Source: a virus
Lineage: Duplodnaviria; Heunggongvirae; Uroviricota; Caudoviricetes
DNA: 35,737 bases
Virus record (IMG/VR): IMGVR_UViG_2700989400_000002
Reading direction: 5' to 3' (one strand)
The number at the start of each line of letters is the position of its first letter. Position 1 is the first letter of the stretch. The notes under the pieces were generated by a model. That model was not told the origin of the DNA and searched no databases. It saw only the letters and a list, made by a program, of their open reading frames with translations. Below, piece by piece: positions 27,377-35,737 of the stretch. A program made the position numbers and the translations under genes.

Positions 27377-27400
27377 AGGCGGGCGAATTGCCCGCCTTTT
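27377..27400 (+). terminator. intrinsic terminator after the Z/fun-slot cargo gene
   Basis: GC stem aggcgggc / gcccgcct followed by ttttctttatc. Confidence 0.7.
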
Positions 27401-27500
27401 CTTTATCTGTTGTTTCATCCACTGACCAGACAGGTCAAATAGCGTCTCAGGCACTGCCCAATAGAAAATAGTTGCACCCATTAACCACGGAGTTAAACGG

Positions 27501-28691
27501 ATGAGTGACTATCATCACGGCGTGCAGGTGCTGGAGATTAACGACGGCACCCGCGTCATTTCCACCGTATCCACCGCCATTGTCGGCATGGTCTGCACGG
27601 CCAGCGATGCGGATGCGGAAATCTTCCCCCTCAATAAACCGGTGCTGATTACCAATGTGCAGAGCGCAATTGCAAAGGCCGGTAAAAAAGGCACGCTGGC
27701 GGCATCGTTGCAGGCCATCGCCGACCAGTCAAAACCGGTCACCGTTGTCGTGCGTGTGGAAGACGGCACCGGCGAAGACGAAGAAACGAAACTCGCGCAG
27801 ACTGTTTCCAATATCATCGGAACCACCGACGAAAACGGTCAGTACACCGGACTGAAAGCCCTGCTGGCGGCGGAGTCGGTAACCGGTGTTAAACCGCGTA
27901 TTCTTGGTGTGCCGGGGCTGGATACCAAAGAGGTGGCTGTTGCACTGGCATCAGTCTGTCAGAAGCTGCGCGCTTTCGGGTATATCAGCGCATGGGGCTG
28001 TAAAACCATTTCTGAGGTGAAAGCCTACCGCCAGAATTTCAGCCAGCGTGAGCTGATGGTCATCTGGCCGGATTTCCTCGCATGGGATACGGTCACCAGT
28101 ACCACCGCCACCGCGTATGCCACCGCACGTGCGCTGGGTCTGCGTGCCAAAATCGACCAGGAGCAGGGCTGGCATAAAACGCTGTCCAACGTCGGGGTGA
28201 ACGGTGTTACCGGCATCAGCGCATCTGTATTTTGGGATTTGCAGGAGTCCGGCACCGATGCTGACCTGCTTAACGAGTCAGGCGTCACAACACTGATTCG
28301 CCGTGACGGTTTCCGCTTCTGGGGTAACCGTACCTGCTCTGATGACCCGCTGTTCTTCTTTGAAAACTACACCCGCACCGCGCAGGTGCTGGCCGACACG
28401 ATGGCTGAGGCGCACATGTGGGCGGTGGACAAGCCCATCACCGCAACGCTGATTCGCGACATCGTTGACGGCATCAATGCCAAATTCCGTGAGCTGAAAA
28501 CAAACGGCTATATCGTGGATGCGACCTGCTGGTTCAGCGAAGAATCCAACGATGCGGAAACCCTCAAGGCCGGAAAACTGTATATCGACTACGACTATAC
28601 CCCGGTGCCTCCTCTTGAAAACCTGACCCTGCGCCAGCGTATCACCGATAAATATCTGGCAAATCTGGTCACCTCGGTTAACAGCAATTAA
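27501..28691 (+). CDS. FI: tail sheath protein (396 aa)
   Basis: Length and position as P2 gpFI. Confidence 0.9.
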   Translation: MSDYHHGVQVLEINDGTRVISTVSTAIVGMVCTASDADAEIFPLNKPVLITNVQSAIAKAGKKGTLAASLQAIADQSKPVTVVVRVEDGTGEDEETKLAQTVSNIIGTTDENGQYTGLKALLAAESVTGVKPRILGVPGLDTKEVAVALASVCQKLRAFGYISAWGCKTISEVKAYRQNFSQRELMVIWPDFLAWDTVTSTTATAYATARALGLRAKIDQEQGWHKTLSNVGVNGVTGISASVFWDLQESGTDADLLNESGVTTLIRRDGFRFWGNRTCSDDPLFFFENYTRTAQVLADTMAEAHMWAVDKPITATLIRDIVDGINAKFRELKTNGYIVDATCWFSEESNDAETLKAGKLYIDYDYTPVPPLENLTLRQRITDKYLANLVTSVNSN

Positions 28692-28703
28692 GGAGCCTGA
28701 CCG

Positions 28704-29222
28704 ATGGCAATGCCGCGCAAACTCAAGTTAATGAACGTCTTTCTGAACGGCTACAGCTATCAGGGCGTTGCAAAGTCCGTCACGCTGCCAAAACTGACCC
28801 GTAAGCTCGAAAACTATCGCGGTGCGGGGATGAACGGCAGCGCACCGGTAGACCTCGGCCTTGATGACGATGCCCTGTCAATGGAGTGGTCGCTCGGTGG
28901 TTTCCCGGATTCGGTTATCTGGGAGCTTTACGCAGCAACCGGTGTGGATGTCGTGCCGATTCGTTTTGCAGGCTCTTACCAGCGCGACGATACCGGCGAA
29001 ACGGTGGCCGTCGAGGTGGTCATGCGTGGACGTCAGAAAGAAATCGACACCGGCGAGGGTAAACAGGGAGAAGACACCGAGTCGAAAATCTCTGTGGTCT
29101 GCACCTATTTCCGGCTGACGATGGACGGTAAGGAGCTGGTCGAAATCGACACCATCAACATGATTGAGAAGGTGAACGGCGTCGACCGGCTGGAGCAACA
29201 CCGCCGAAATATCGGCCTGTGA
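28704..29222 (+). CDS. FII: tail tube protein (172 aa)
   Basis: Length and position as P2 gpFII. Confidence 0.9.
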   Translation: MAMPRKLKLMNVFLNGYSYQGVAKSVTLPKLTRKLENYRGAGMNGSAPVDLGLDDDALSMEWSLGGFPDSVIWELYAATGVDVVPIRFAGSYQRDDTGETVAVEVVMRGRQKEIDTGEGKQGEDTESKISVVCTYFRLTMDGKELVEIDTINMIEKVNGVDRLEQHRRNIGL

Positions 29223-29278
29223 TTTTCATCCGGTCAGCCTGGCTGACCGGTTAACCCTGATTCAGAAGTGAGAAAACC

Positions 29279-29554
29279 ATGAACAAAGAAAATGTGATTA
29301 CCCTGGACAATCCGGTCAAGCGTGGTGAGCAGGTTATCGAACAGGTCACGCTGATGAAACCCAATGCCGGGACGCTGCGCGGTGTCAGTCTGGCTGCGGT
29401 CGCAAACTCCGAAGTCGATGCACTGATTAAGGTGCTGCCGCGCATGACGGCACCGATGCTGACCGAGCAGGAAGTCGCCGCGCTGGAACTGCCTGACCTT
29501 GTGGCGCTGGCCGGTAAGGTGGTCGGTTTTTTGTCGCCGAACTCGGTGCAGTAA
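29279..29554 (+). CDS. E: tail assembly chaperone E (91 aa)
   Basis: Length and position as P2 gpE; contains the slippery heptamer near its 3' end. Confidence 0.8.
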   Translation: MNKENVITLDNPVKRGEQVIEQVTLMKPNAGTLRGVSLAAVANSEVDALIKVLPRMTAPMLTEQEVAALELPDLVALAGKVVGFLSPNSVQ

Positions 29555-29706
29555 CGTTCCCGAAAAATCTGTCGGTCGATGACCTGATGGCGGATGTGGC
29601 AGTGATATTTCACTGGCCGCCATCAGAACTATATCCCATGAGCCTGACCGAACTCATCACATGGCGCGAAAAGGCGCTCCGGCGAAGCGGAAACACGAAT
29701 GAGTAA
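29279..29706 (+). CDS. tail assembly chaperone E+E' (about 142 aa) made by programmed -1 frameshift
   Basis: Slippery T-TTT-TTG at 29527..29533; the -1 frame stays open to TAA at 29704..29706, overlapping the T start; predicted 142 aa matches P2 E+E'. Confidence 0.65.
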
Positions 29707-32146
29707 CAATGTAAAATTACAGGTATTGCTCAGGGCTGTTGACCAGGCATCCCGCCCGTTTAAATCCATCCGCACAGCGAGCAAGTCGCTGTCGGGGGAT
29801 ATCCGGGAAACACAAAAATCACTGCGCGAGCTGAATGGTCACGCATCCCGTATTGAGGGATTTCGCAAGACCAGCGCACAGCTCGCCGTGACTGGTCATG
29901 CACTTGAAAAGGCACGGCAGGAGGCCGAAGCCCTTGCCACACAGTTTAAAAACACTGAACGTCCGACCCGTGCTCAGGCGAAAGTGCTGGAATCCGCAAA
30001 GCGTGCGGCGGAGGACTTACAGGCGAAATATAACCGCCTGATAGATTCCGTTAAACGCCAGCAGCGGGAACTGGCCGCTGTGGGAATTAATACCCGCAAT
30101 CTTGCACATGATGAGCAGGGACTGAAAAACCGTATCAGTGAAACCACCGCACAGCTTAACCGTCAGCGTGATGCGCTGGCGCGTGTCAGTGCGCAACAGG
30201 CAAAACTTAACGCAGTAAAACAGCGTTATCAGGCCGGAAAGGAACTGGCCGGAAATATGGCCTCAGTGGGCGCTGCCGGTGTGGGGATTGCGGCGGCGGG
30301 AACGATGGCCGGAGTTAAGTTGCTGATGCCCGGTTATGAGTTTGCGCAGAAAAACTCAGAATTGCAGGCCGTGCTCGGAGTGGCAAAAGACTCCGCCGAA
30401 ATGACCGCACTACGCAAACAGGCGCGCCAGCTCGGCGACAATACCGCCGCCTCGGCGGATGATGCGGCCGGTGCACAGATAATCATCGCGAAAGCGGGTG
30501 GGGATGTTGATGCCATTCAGGCGGCAACGCCGGTCACGCTGAATATGGCGCTGGCGAACCGCCGCACGATGGAAGAAAACGCCGCCCTGCTGATGGGGAT
30601 GAAATCCGCCTTTCAGCTTTCAAACGATAAGGTCGCTCATATCGGGGATGTTCTCTCCATGACGATGAACAAAACCGCCGCCGATTTTGACGGCATGAGC
30701 GATGCGCTGACCTATGCCGCACCTGTGGCAAAAAATGCCGGTGTCAGCATTGAAGAAACCGCCGCAATGGTCGGGGCGCTGCATGATGCAAAAATCACAG
30801 GCTCAATGGCGGGGACGGGAAGCCGTGCCGTGTTAAGCCGCCTGCAGGTACCGACGGGAAAAGCATGGGATGCTCTCAAAGAGCTTGGAGTGAAAACCTC
30901 AGACAGCAAAGGAAACTCCCGGTCAATATTTACCATTCTGAAAGAAATGCAGGCCAGTTTTGAGAAAAACCGGCTCGGTACTGCCCAGCAGGCTGAATAC
31001 ATGAAAACTATTTTCGGGGAGGAGGCCAGCTCAGCCGCCGCCGTGCTGATGACTGCCGCCTCAACCGGAAAGCTGGACAAACTGACCGCTGCGTTTAAAG
31101 CCTCAGACGGGAAGACCGCCGAGCTGGTAAATATCATGCAGGACAACCTAGGCGGTGACTTTAAAGAGTTTCAGTCCGCTTATGAGGCGGTGGGGACTGA
31201 CCTGTTTGACCAGCAGGAAGGCGCGCTGCGTAAGCTCACGCAGACGGCCACAAAGTATGTGTTAAAACTCGACGGCTGGATACAGAAAAACAAATCACTG
31301 GCGTCAACCATCGGCATCATTGTCGGTGGTGCACTGGCGCTGACTGGTGTCATCAGTGCCATTGGCCTCGTAGCCTGGCCGGTTATCACCGGCATTAATG
31401 CCATCATCGCGGCAGCAGGCGCAATGGGTGCAATCTTCACGACGGTTGGCAGTGCCGTTATGACGGCCATCGGGGCGATTAGCTGGCCGGTTGTGGCTGT
31501 GGTGGCCGCCATTGTCGCCGGGGCGTTGCTTATCCGTAAATACTGGGAGCCTGTCAGCGCATTCTTTGGCGGTGTGGTGGAAGGGCTGAAAGCGGCATTT
31601 GCGCCGGTGAGGGAGCTGTTCACGCCACTGAAACCGGTGTTTGACTGGCTGGGCGAAAAGTTACAGGCCGCGTGGCAGTGGTTTAAAAATCTGATTGCCC
31701 CGGTTAAAGCCACACAGGACACCCTGAACCGTTGCCGTGACACGGGGGTCATGTTCGGGCAGGCACTGGCTGACGCGCTGATGCTGCCGCTTAATGCGTT
31801 CAACAAACTGCGCAGCGGTATTGACTGGGTACTGGAAAAACTCGGGGTTATCAACAAAGAGTCAGACACACTTGACCAGACCGCCGCCAGAACTCATGCC
31901 GCCACGTATGGCACCGGTGGTTATATTCCGGCGACCAGCTCTTATGCATGTTATCAGGCTTATCAGCCGGTTACGGCACCGGCTGGCCGCTCTTATGTGG
32001 ACCAGAGTAAAAACGAATATCACATCAGCCTGACGGGTGGTACTGCGCCGGGGACACAGCTTGACCGCCAGTTACAGGATGCGCTCGAAAAATACGAGCG
32101 GGATAAACGTGCGCGCGCCCGTGCCAGCATGATGCATGACGGTTAA
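29699..32146 (+). CDS. T: tail tape measure protein (815 aa)
   Basis: Length and position as P2 gpT; coiled-coil N-terminus and hydrophobic Gly/Ala-rich middle. Confidence 0.9.
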   Translation: MSNNVKLQVLLRAVDQASRPFKSIRTASKSLSGDIRETQKSLRELNGHASRIEGFRKTSAQLAVTGHALEKARQEAEALATQFKNTERPTRAQAKVLESAKRAAEDLQAKYNRLIDSVKRQQRELAAVGINTRNLAHDEQGLKNRISETTAQLNRQRDALARVSAQQAKLNAVKQRYQAGKELAGNMASVGAAGVGIAAAGTMAGVKLLMPGYEFAQKNSELQAVLGVAKDSAEMTALRKQARQLGDNTAASADDAAGAQIIIAKAGGDVDAIQAATPVTLNMALANRRTMEENAALLMGMKSAFQLSNDKVAHIGDVLSMTMNKTAADFDGMSDALTYAAPVAKNAGVSIEETAAMVGALHDAKITGSMAGTGSRAVLSRLQVPTGKAWDALKELGVKTSDSKGNSRSIFTILKEMQASFEKNRLGTAQQAEYMKTIFGEEASSAAAVLMTAASTGKLDKLTAAFKASDGKTAELVNIMQDNLGGDFKEFQSAYEAVGTDLFDQQEGALRKLTQTATKYVLKLDGWIQKNKSLASTIGIIVGGALALTGVISAIGLVAWPVITGINAIIAAAGAMGAIFTTVGSAVMTAIGAISWPVVAVVAAIVAGALLIRKYWEPVSAFFGGVVEGLKAAFAPVRELFTPLKPVFDWLGEKLQAAWQWFKNLIAPVKATQDTLNRCRDTGVMFGQALADALMLPLNAFNKLRSGIDWVLEKLGVINKESDTLDQTAARTHAATYGTGGYIPATSSYACYQAYQPVTAPAGRSYVDQSKNEYHISLTGGTAPGTQLDRQLQDALEKYERDKRARARASMMHDG

Positions 32147-32160
32147 GGAGGTGACGAAAA

Positions 32161-32640
32161 ATGATGCTCGCGTTAGGTATGTTTGTTTTTATGCGCCAGA
32201 CGCTGCCACACCAGACCATGCAGCGTGAATCAGATTATCGCTGGCCGTCAAATTCCCGTATCGGCAAACGGGATGCCTTTCAATTTCTCGGTGTGGGTGA
32301 GGAAAACATCACGCTTGCCGGTGTGCTTTATCCCGAACTGACCGGCGGAAAGCTGACGATGACCACGCTCAGGCTGATGGCTGAGGAAGGCCGGGCGTGG
32401 CCGTTGCTGGATGGCACTGGCATGATTTACGGCATGTATGTCATCAGCAAGGTGAGTGAAACAGGGAGTATTTTCTTTGCAGACGGCACACCCCGAAAAA
32501 TTGATTTTACGCTGTCGCTCACCCGCGTTGATGAATCACTGGCCGCGCTGTATGGCGATATCGGTAAACAGGCGGAATCGCTCATCGGTAAGGCTGGCAG
32601 TATGGCGACCAGATTCACGGGGATGACGGGGGCGGGATAA
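32161..32640 (+). CDS. U: tail protein U (159 aa)
   Basis: Length and position as P2 gpU. Confidence 0.85.
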   Translation: MMLALGMFVFMRQTLPHQTMQRESDYRWPSNSRIGKRDAFQFLGVGEENITLAGVLYPELTGGKLTMTTLRLMAEEGRAWPLLDGTGMIYGMYVISKVSETGSIFFADGTPRKIDFTLSLTRVDESLAALYGDIGKQAESLIGKAGSMATRFTGMTGAG

Positions 32641-33803
32641 TGTTGGATGCGCTGACATTTGATGCAGGCAGTACGCTGACGCCGGATTACATGCTGATGC
32701 TCGACAGCAGGGATATTACCGGCAATATCAGCGACCGTCTGATGAGCATGACCCTGACGGATAACCGGGGCTTTGAGGCTGACCAGCTTGATATTGAACT
32801 GAACGATGCCGACGGGCAGGTCGGGCTGCCGGTTCGTGGCGCTGTCCTGACGGTGTATATCGGCTGGAAAGGTTTTGCCCTGGTATGCAAAGGGAAATTT
32901 ACCGTTGATGAGGTTGAACACCGGGGCGCGCCGGATGTGGTCACCATCCGCGCCCGGAGTGCAGATTTTCGCGGGACGCTCAATTCCCGCCGGGAAGGCT
33001 CCTGGCATGACACCACACTCGGTGCGATTGTTGAGGCGATAGCCTCCCGTAACAAGCTGGAGGCCAGTGTCGCTCCGTCACTGGCCGGAATTAAAATCCC
33101 GCACATCGACCAGTCGCAGGAGTCTGATGCGAAATTCCTGACCCGTCTTGCAGAACGCAACGGCGGTGAGGTGTCGGTAAAAATGGGAAAACTGTTGTTT
33201 CTCAAAGCGGGGCAGGGGGTGACGGCCAGCGGTAAAAAAATCCCGCAGGTCACCATCACCCGCAGCGACGGCGACCGTCATCATTTTGCGATTGCTGACC
33301 GTGGAGCCTATACCGGCGTTACGGCAAAGTGGTTACACACCAAAGACCCGAAGCCGCAAAAGCAGAAGGTAAAACTGAAACGCAAAAAGAAAGAGAAACA
33401 CCTGCGCGCACTGGAGCACCCGAAAGCGAAACCGGTCACGCAGAAGAAAGAGCCAAAAGTACCGGAAGCGCGCGAAGGTGAATACATGGCCGGTGAGGCT
33501 GACAACGTTTTTGCCCTGACCACGGTATATGCCACGAAAGCACAGGCCATGCGCGCCGCTCAGGCGAAGTGGGATAAACTGCAACGGGGTGTTGCGGAGT
33601 TCTCCATCAGCCTGGCTACTGGTCGGGCAGATATTTACACGGAAACACCGGTTAAAGTGTCAGGCTTTAAGCGCGTCATAGACGAGCAGGACTGGACCAT
33701 CACTAAGGTGACACATTGTCTCAATAATAGCGGCTTCACGACGTCCTTGGAGCTTGAGGTAAGGCTTTCTGATGTGGAGTACGAAACAGAAGATGATGAG
33801 TGA
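32640..33803 (+). CDS. D: tail protein D (387 aa)
   Basis: Length and position as P2 gpD; ATGA overlap with U. Confidence 0.85.
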   Translation: MLDALTFDAGSTLTPDYMLMLDSRDITGNISDRLMSMTLTDNRGFEADQLDIELNDADGQVGLPVRGAVLTVYIGWKGFALVCKGKFTVDEVEHRGAPDVVTIRARSADFRGTLNSRREGSWHDTTLGAIVEAIASRNKLEASVAPSLAGIKIPHIDQSQESDAKFLTRLAERNGGEVSVKMGKLLFLKAGQGVTASGKKIPQVTITRSDGDRHHFAIADRGAYTGVTAKWLHTKDPKPQKQKVKLKRKKKEKHLRALEHPKAKPVTQKKEPKVPEAREGEYMAGEADNVFALTTVYATKAQAMRAAQAKWDKLQRGVAEFSISLATGRADIYTETPVKVSGFKRVIDEQDWTITKVTHCLNNSGFTTSLELEVRLSDVEYETEDDE

Positions 33804-33884
33804 TGCGGTTTATTTATCTGTTTGTTTTATAAGGGTAAATTAACTAAAATGGCACCATCAACAAAACCGGAAGAGGTGCTCGCG

Positions 33885-34103
33885 ATGTTTCATTGTCCTT
33901 TATGCCAGCATGCCGCACATGCGCGTACAAGTCGCTATATCACTGACACGACAAAAGAGCGTTATCACCAGTGCCAGAACGTGAATTGCAGCGCCACGTT
34001 CATCACTTATGAGTCGGTACAGCGATACATCGTAAAGCCGGGAGAAGTCCACGCCGTAAGGCCGCACCCGTTACCGTCAGGGCAGCAAATTATGTGGATG
34101 TAA
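33885..34103 (+). CDS. ogr: late-gene transcription activator Ogr (72 aa, C4 zinc finger)
   Basis: ATG at 33885 gives 72 aa; CPLC...CQNVNC zinc-binding motif; last phage gene before attR. Confidence 0.85.
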   Translation: MFHCPLCQHAAHARTSRYITDTTKERYHQCQNVNCSATFITYESVQRYIVKPGEVHAVRPHPLPSGQQIMWM

Positions 34104-34115
34104 TTACAAACAGAA

Positions 34116-34141
34116 AGCCCCTCAGTCGAGGGGCTTTTTTG
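34116..34141 (+). terminator. intrinsic terminator after ogr
   Basis: Stem agcccctc / gaggggct with 4-nt loop followed by tttttt. Confidence 0.75.
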
Positions 34142-34204
34142 TCGATGTGGTCAATGTGTGGACGTGACCAGAAATAAATCCTTTTATTTCATTGAATTAC
34201 GCGT

Positions 34205-34231
34205 AAAAAATAAGCCCGTGTAAGGGAGATT
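34205..34231. repeat. attR core (27-bp P2-type att core), right copy of the direct repeat
   Basis: Identical to 477..503. Confidence 0.85.
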
Positions 34232-34375
34232 ACACAGGCTAAGGAGGTGGTTCCTGGTACAGCTAGCATTTTATGGGTTATGTTTTTCAGCGAAACGGAT
34301 GATAACCTTAATAAATGCAGCTGTATGTGATCGGTTTCTAAGAATTTTCCATCCGGGAAAAATAATCGAAATTAA

Positions 34376-35737
34376 TCACTTACCGTGGGGATTACGCGTG
34401 GTTTCCCCGGAGAAATTACGCATCAGCAGCGCGTAATTGAGCTCAAGATCCTGCGGGACCGGGAGCCACACAGTATAACCATCGCCTGGTGCTATCGGCA
34501 TAGCTTCGCCTTTGGCGTTTTCCATGTGCTCAAGGGTAAAATTAATGTTGCCTTGCGGCGTCATCAGCTCAAGGCTGTCGCCAACGGAGAATTTATTTTT
34601 CACCGCTACCGCCGCGAGGTCCCCCTTGCGCTCACCGGTAAACTCACCAACAAACTGCTGGCGGTCAGAAACTGAATAACCGTATTCGTAGTTCTGATAA
34701 TCGTCGTGAGTATGACGACGCAGGAAACCTTCGGTATAGCCACGATGCGCTAGACCTTCCAGAGTTTCCAGCAGGCTGGTATCGAACGGTTTTCCCGCAG
34801 CGGCGTCATCGATAGCTTTGCGGTAAACCTGTGCGGTGCGTGCACAATAGTAGAAAGATTTGGTACGACCTTCGATTTTCAGCGAATGCACGCCCATTTT
34901 GGTCAGGCGTTCTACATGGGCGATGGCGCGCAGATCTTTCGAGTTCATGATGTAAGTGCCGTGCTCATCTTCAAACGCGGTCATATACTCGCCCGGACGC
35001 TGGGCCTCTTCGATCATAAACACTTTGTCGGTTGGTGCGCCGATACCCAGCGTCGGCTCAACATTTTGCACCGGAATCGGCTCGTACTTGTGTACGATGT
35101 TGCCAACATCATCTTCTTTCCCTTCCTGGACGTTGTACTCCCAGCGGCAGGCGTTGGTGCAGGTGCCCTGGTTCGGGTCGCGCTTGTTGATATAGCCAGA
35201 GAGCAGGCAGCGACCGGAGTAGGCCATGCACAGCGCGCCGTGAACGAAGATCTCGATCTCCATATCCGGCACCTGATTGCGGATCTCTTCAATCTCTTCC
35301 AGCGACAGCTCGCGAGAGAGGATCACGCGGGTCAGGCCCATTTGCTGCCAGAATTTCACCGTCGCCCAGTTCACGGCGTTAGCCTGCACCGAAAGGTGGA
35401 TCGGCATTTCAGGGAAGTGCTCACGCACCAGCATAATCAGCCCTGGATCGGACATAATCAGCGCATCCGGCCCCATTTCCACCACCGGTTTCAGGTCACG
35501 GATAAAGGTTTTCAGCTTGGCGTTGTGCGGTGCAATGTTGACCACGACATAAAACTTTTTCCCCAGCGCGTGGGCTTCATTGATGCCGAGCTGAAGATTT
35601 TCGTGGTTGAATTCGTTGTTGCGCACACGCAGGGAATAACGCGGCTGGCCCGCATAAACAGCATCTGCGCCATAAGCGAAAGCGTAACGCATATTTTTCA
35701 GCGTTCCCGCCGGGGAAAGGAGTTCCGGTTTAAACAT
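34376..35737 (-). CDS. yegQ: host peptidase U32-family protein YegQ/TrhP-like (453 aa)
   Basis: Complete 453-aa ORF whose start codon ends exactly at the window edge; U32-type Cys-containing core; recognised from memory as E. coli YegQ, not searched. Confidence 0.75.
   Translation of the reverse strand: MFKPELLSPAGTLKNMRYAFAYGADAVYAGQPRYSLRVRNNEFNHENLQLGINEAHALGKKFYVVVNIAPHNAKLKTFIRDLKPVVEMGPDALIMSDPGLIMLVREHFPEMPIHLSVQANAVNWATVKFWQQMGLTRVILSRELSLEEIEEIRNQVPDMEIEIFVHGALCMAYSGRCLLSGYINKRDPNQGTCTNACRWEYNVQEGKEDDVGNIVHKYEPIPVQNVEPTLGIGAPTDKVFMIEEAQRPGEYMTAFEDEHGTYIMNSKDLRAIAHVERLTKMGVHSLKIEGRTKSFYYCARTAQVYRKAIDDAAAGKPFDTSLLETLEGLAHRGYTEGFLRRHTHDDYQNYEYGYSVSDRQQFVGEFTGERKGDLAAVAVKNKFSVGDSLELMTPQGNINFTLEHMENAKGEAMPIAPGDGYTVWLPVPQDLELNYALLMRNFSGETTRNPHGK

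Larger units (their letters stand above)
477..34231. mobile_element. complete P2-like (Peduovirus-type) prophage bounded by 27-bp att core direct repeats
   Basis: Integrase at one end, ogr at the other, a full early/replication set, cos, and complete capsid, lysis and tail modules with P2-like protein lengths; host genes on both outer flanks. Confidence 0.9.

Noticed and set aside
32427-33584. Minus-strand ORFs of 80-193 aa overlapping U and D
   Set aside because: Antisense shadow ORFs inside conserved GC-rich tail genes.

Overview
The window is essentially one complete P2-like (Peduovirus-type) prophage, about 33.8 kb (477..34231), integrated between two host genes: a small lipoprotein gene (1..318, yegR-like) and a peptidase-U32 gene (34376..35737, yegQ/trhP-like). 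It is bounded by a perfect 27-bp direct repeat, AAAAAATAAGCCCGTGTAAGGGAGATT, at 477..503 and 34205..34231, which matches the P2 att core as I recall it. Gene order and protein lengths follow P2 almost gene for gene: int-C-cox-B-(small orfs)-A, then cos, then Q-P (minus strand), O-N-M-L-X-Y-K-lysA-lysB-lysC-R-S, V-W-J-I-H-G, FI-FII-E-E'-T-U-D-ogr. Against this conserved, GC-rich backbone there are four AT-rich cargo islands where the content departs from P2. (1) Between A and cos: a translationally coupled ASCH/DUF3850-like gene plus a 68-aa ORF, then a separately expressed 174-aa protein with no recognisable motifs. (2) Between cos and portal gene Q: a 646-aa ABC-ATPase plus Toprim (OLD-family architecture) gene, in an interval that is only about 0.1 kb in P2 itself. 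(3) Between S and V: an antisense 261-aa three-helix membrane protein. (4) Between G and FI (the Z/fun slot): a 537-aa ABC-ATPase fused to a Toprim/DUF4435-like domain. Islands 1, 2 and 4 sit at positions known to hold anti-phage cargo in P2-like phages, and I consider them the best candidates for an undescribed or poorly described defence module; island 3 is the P2 orf30 slot. Family assignments for the cargo proteins rest on motifs read by eye and need HMM or structure confirmation. All GC statements are eyeball estimates, and all P2 comparisons (protein lengths, cos and att sequences, gene order) are from memory; nothing was searched.
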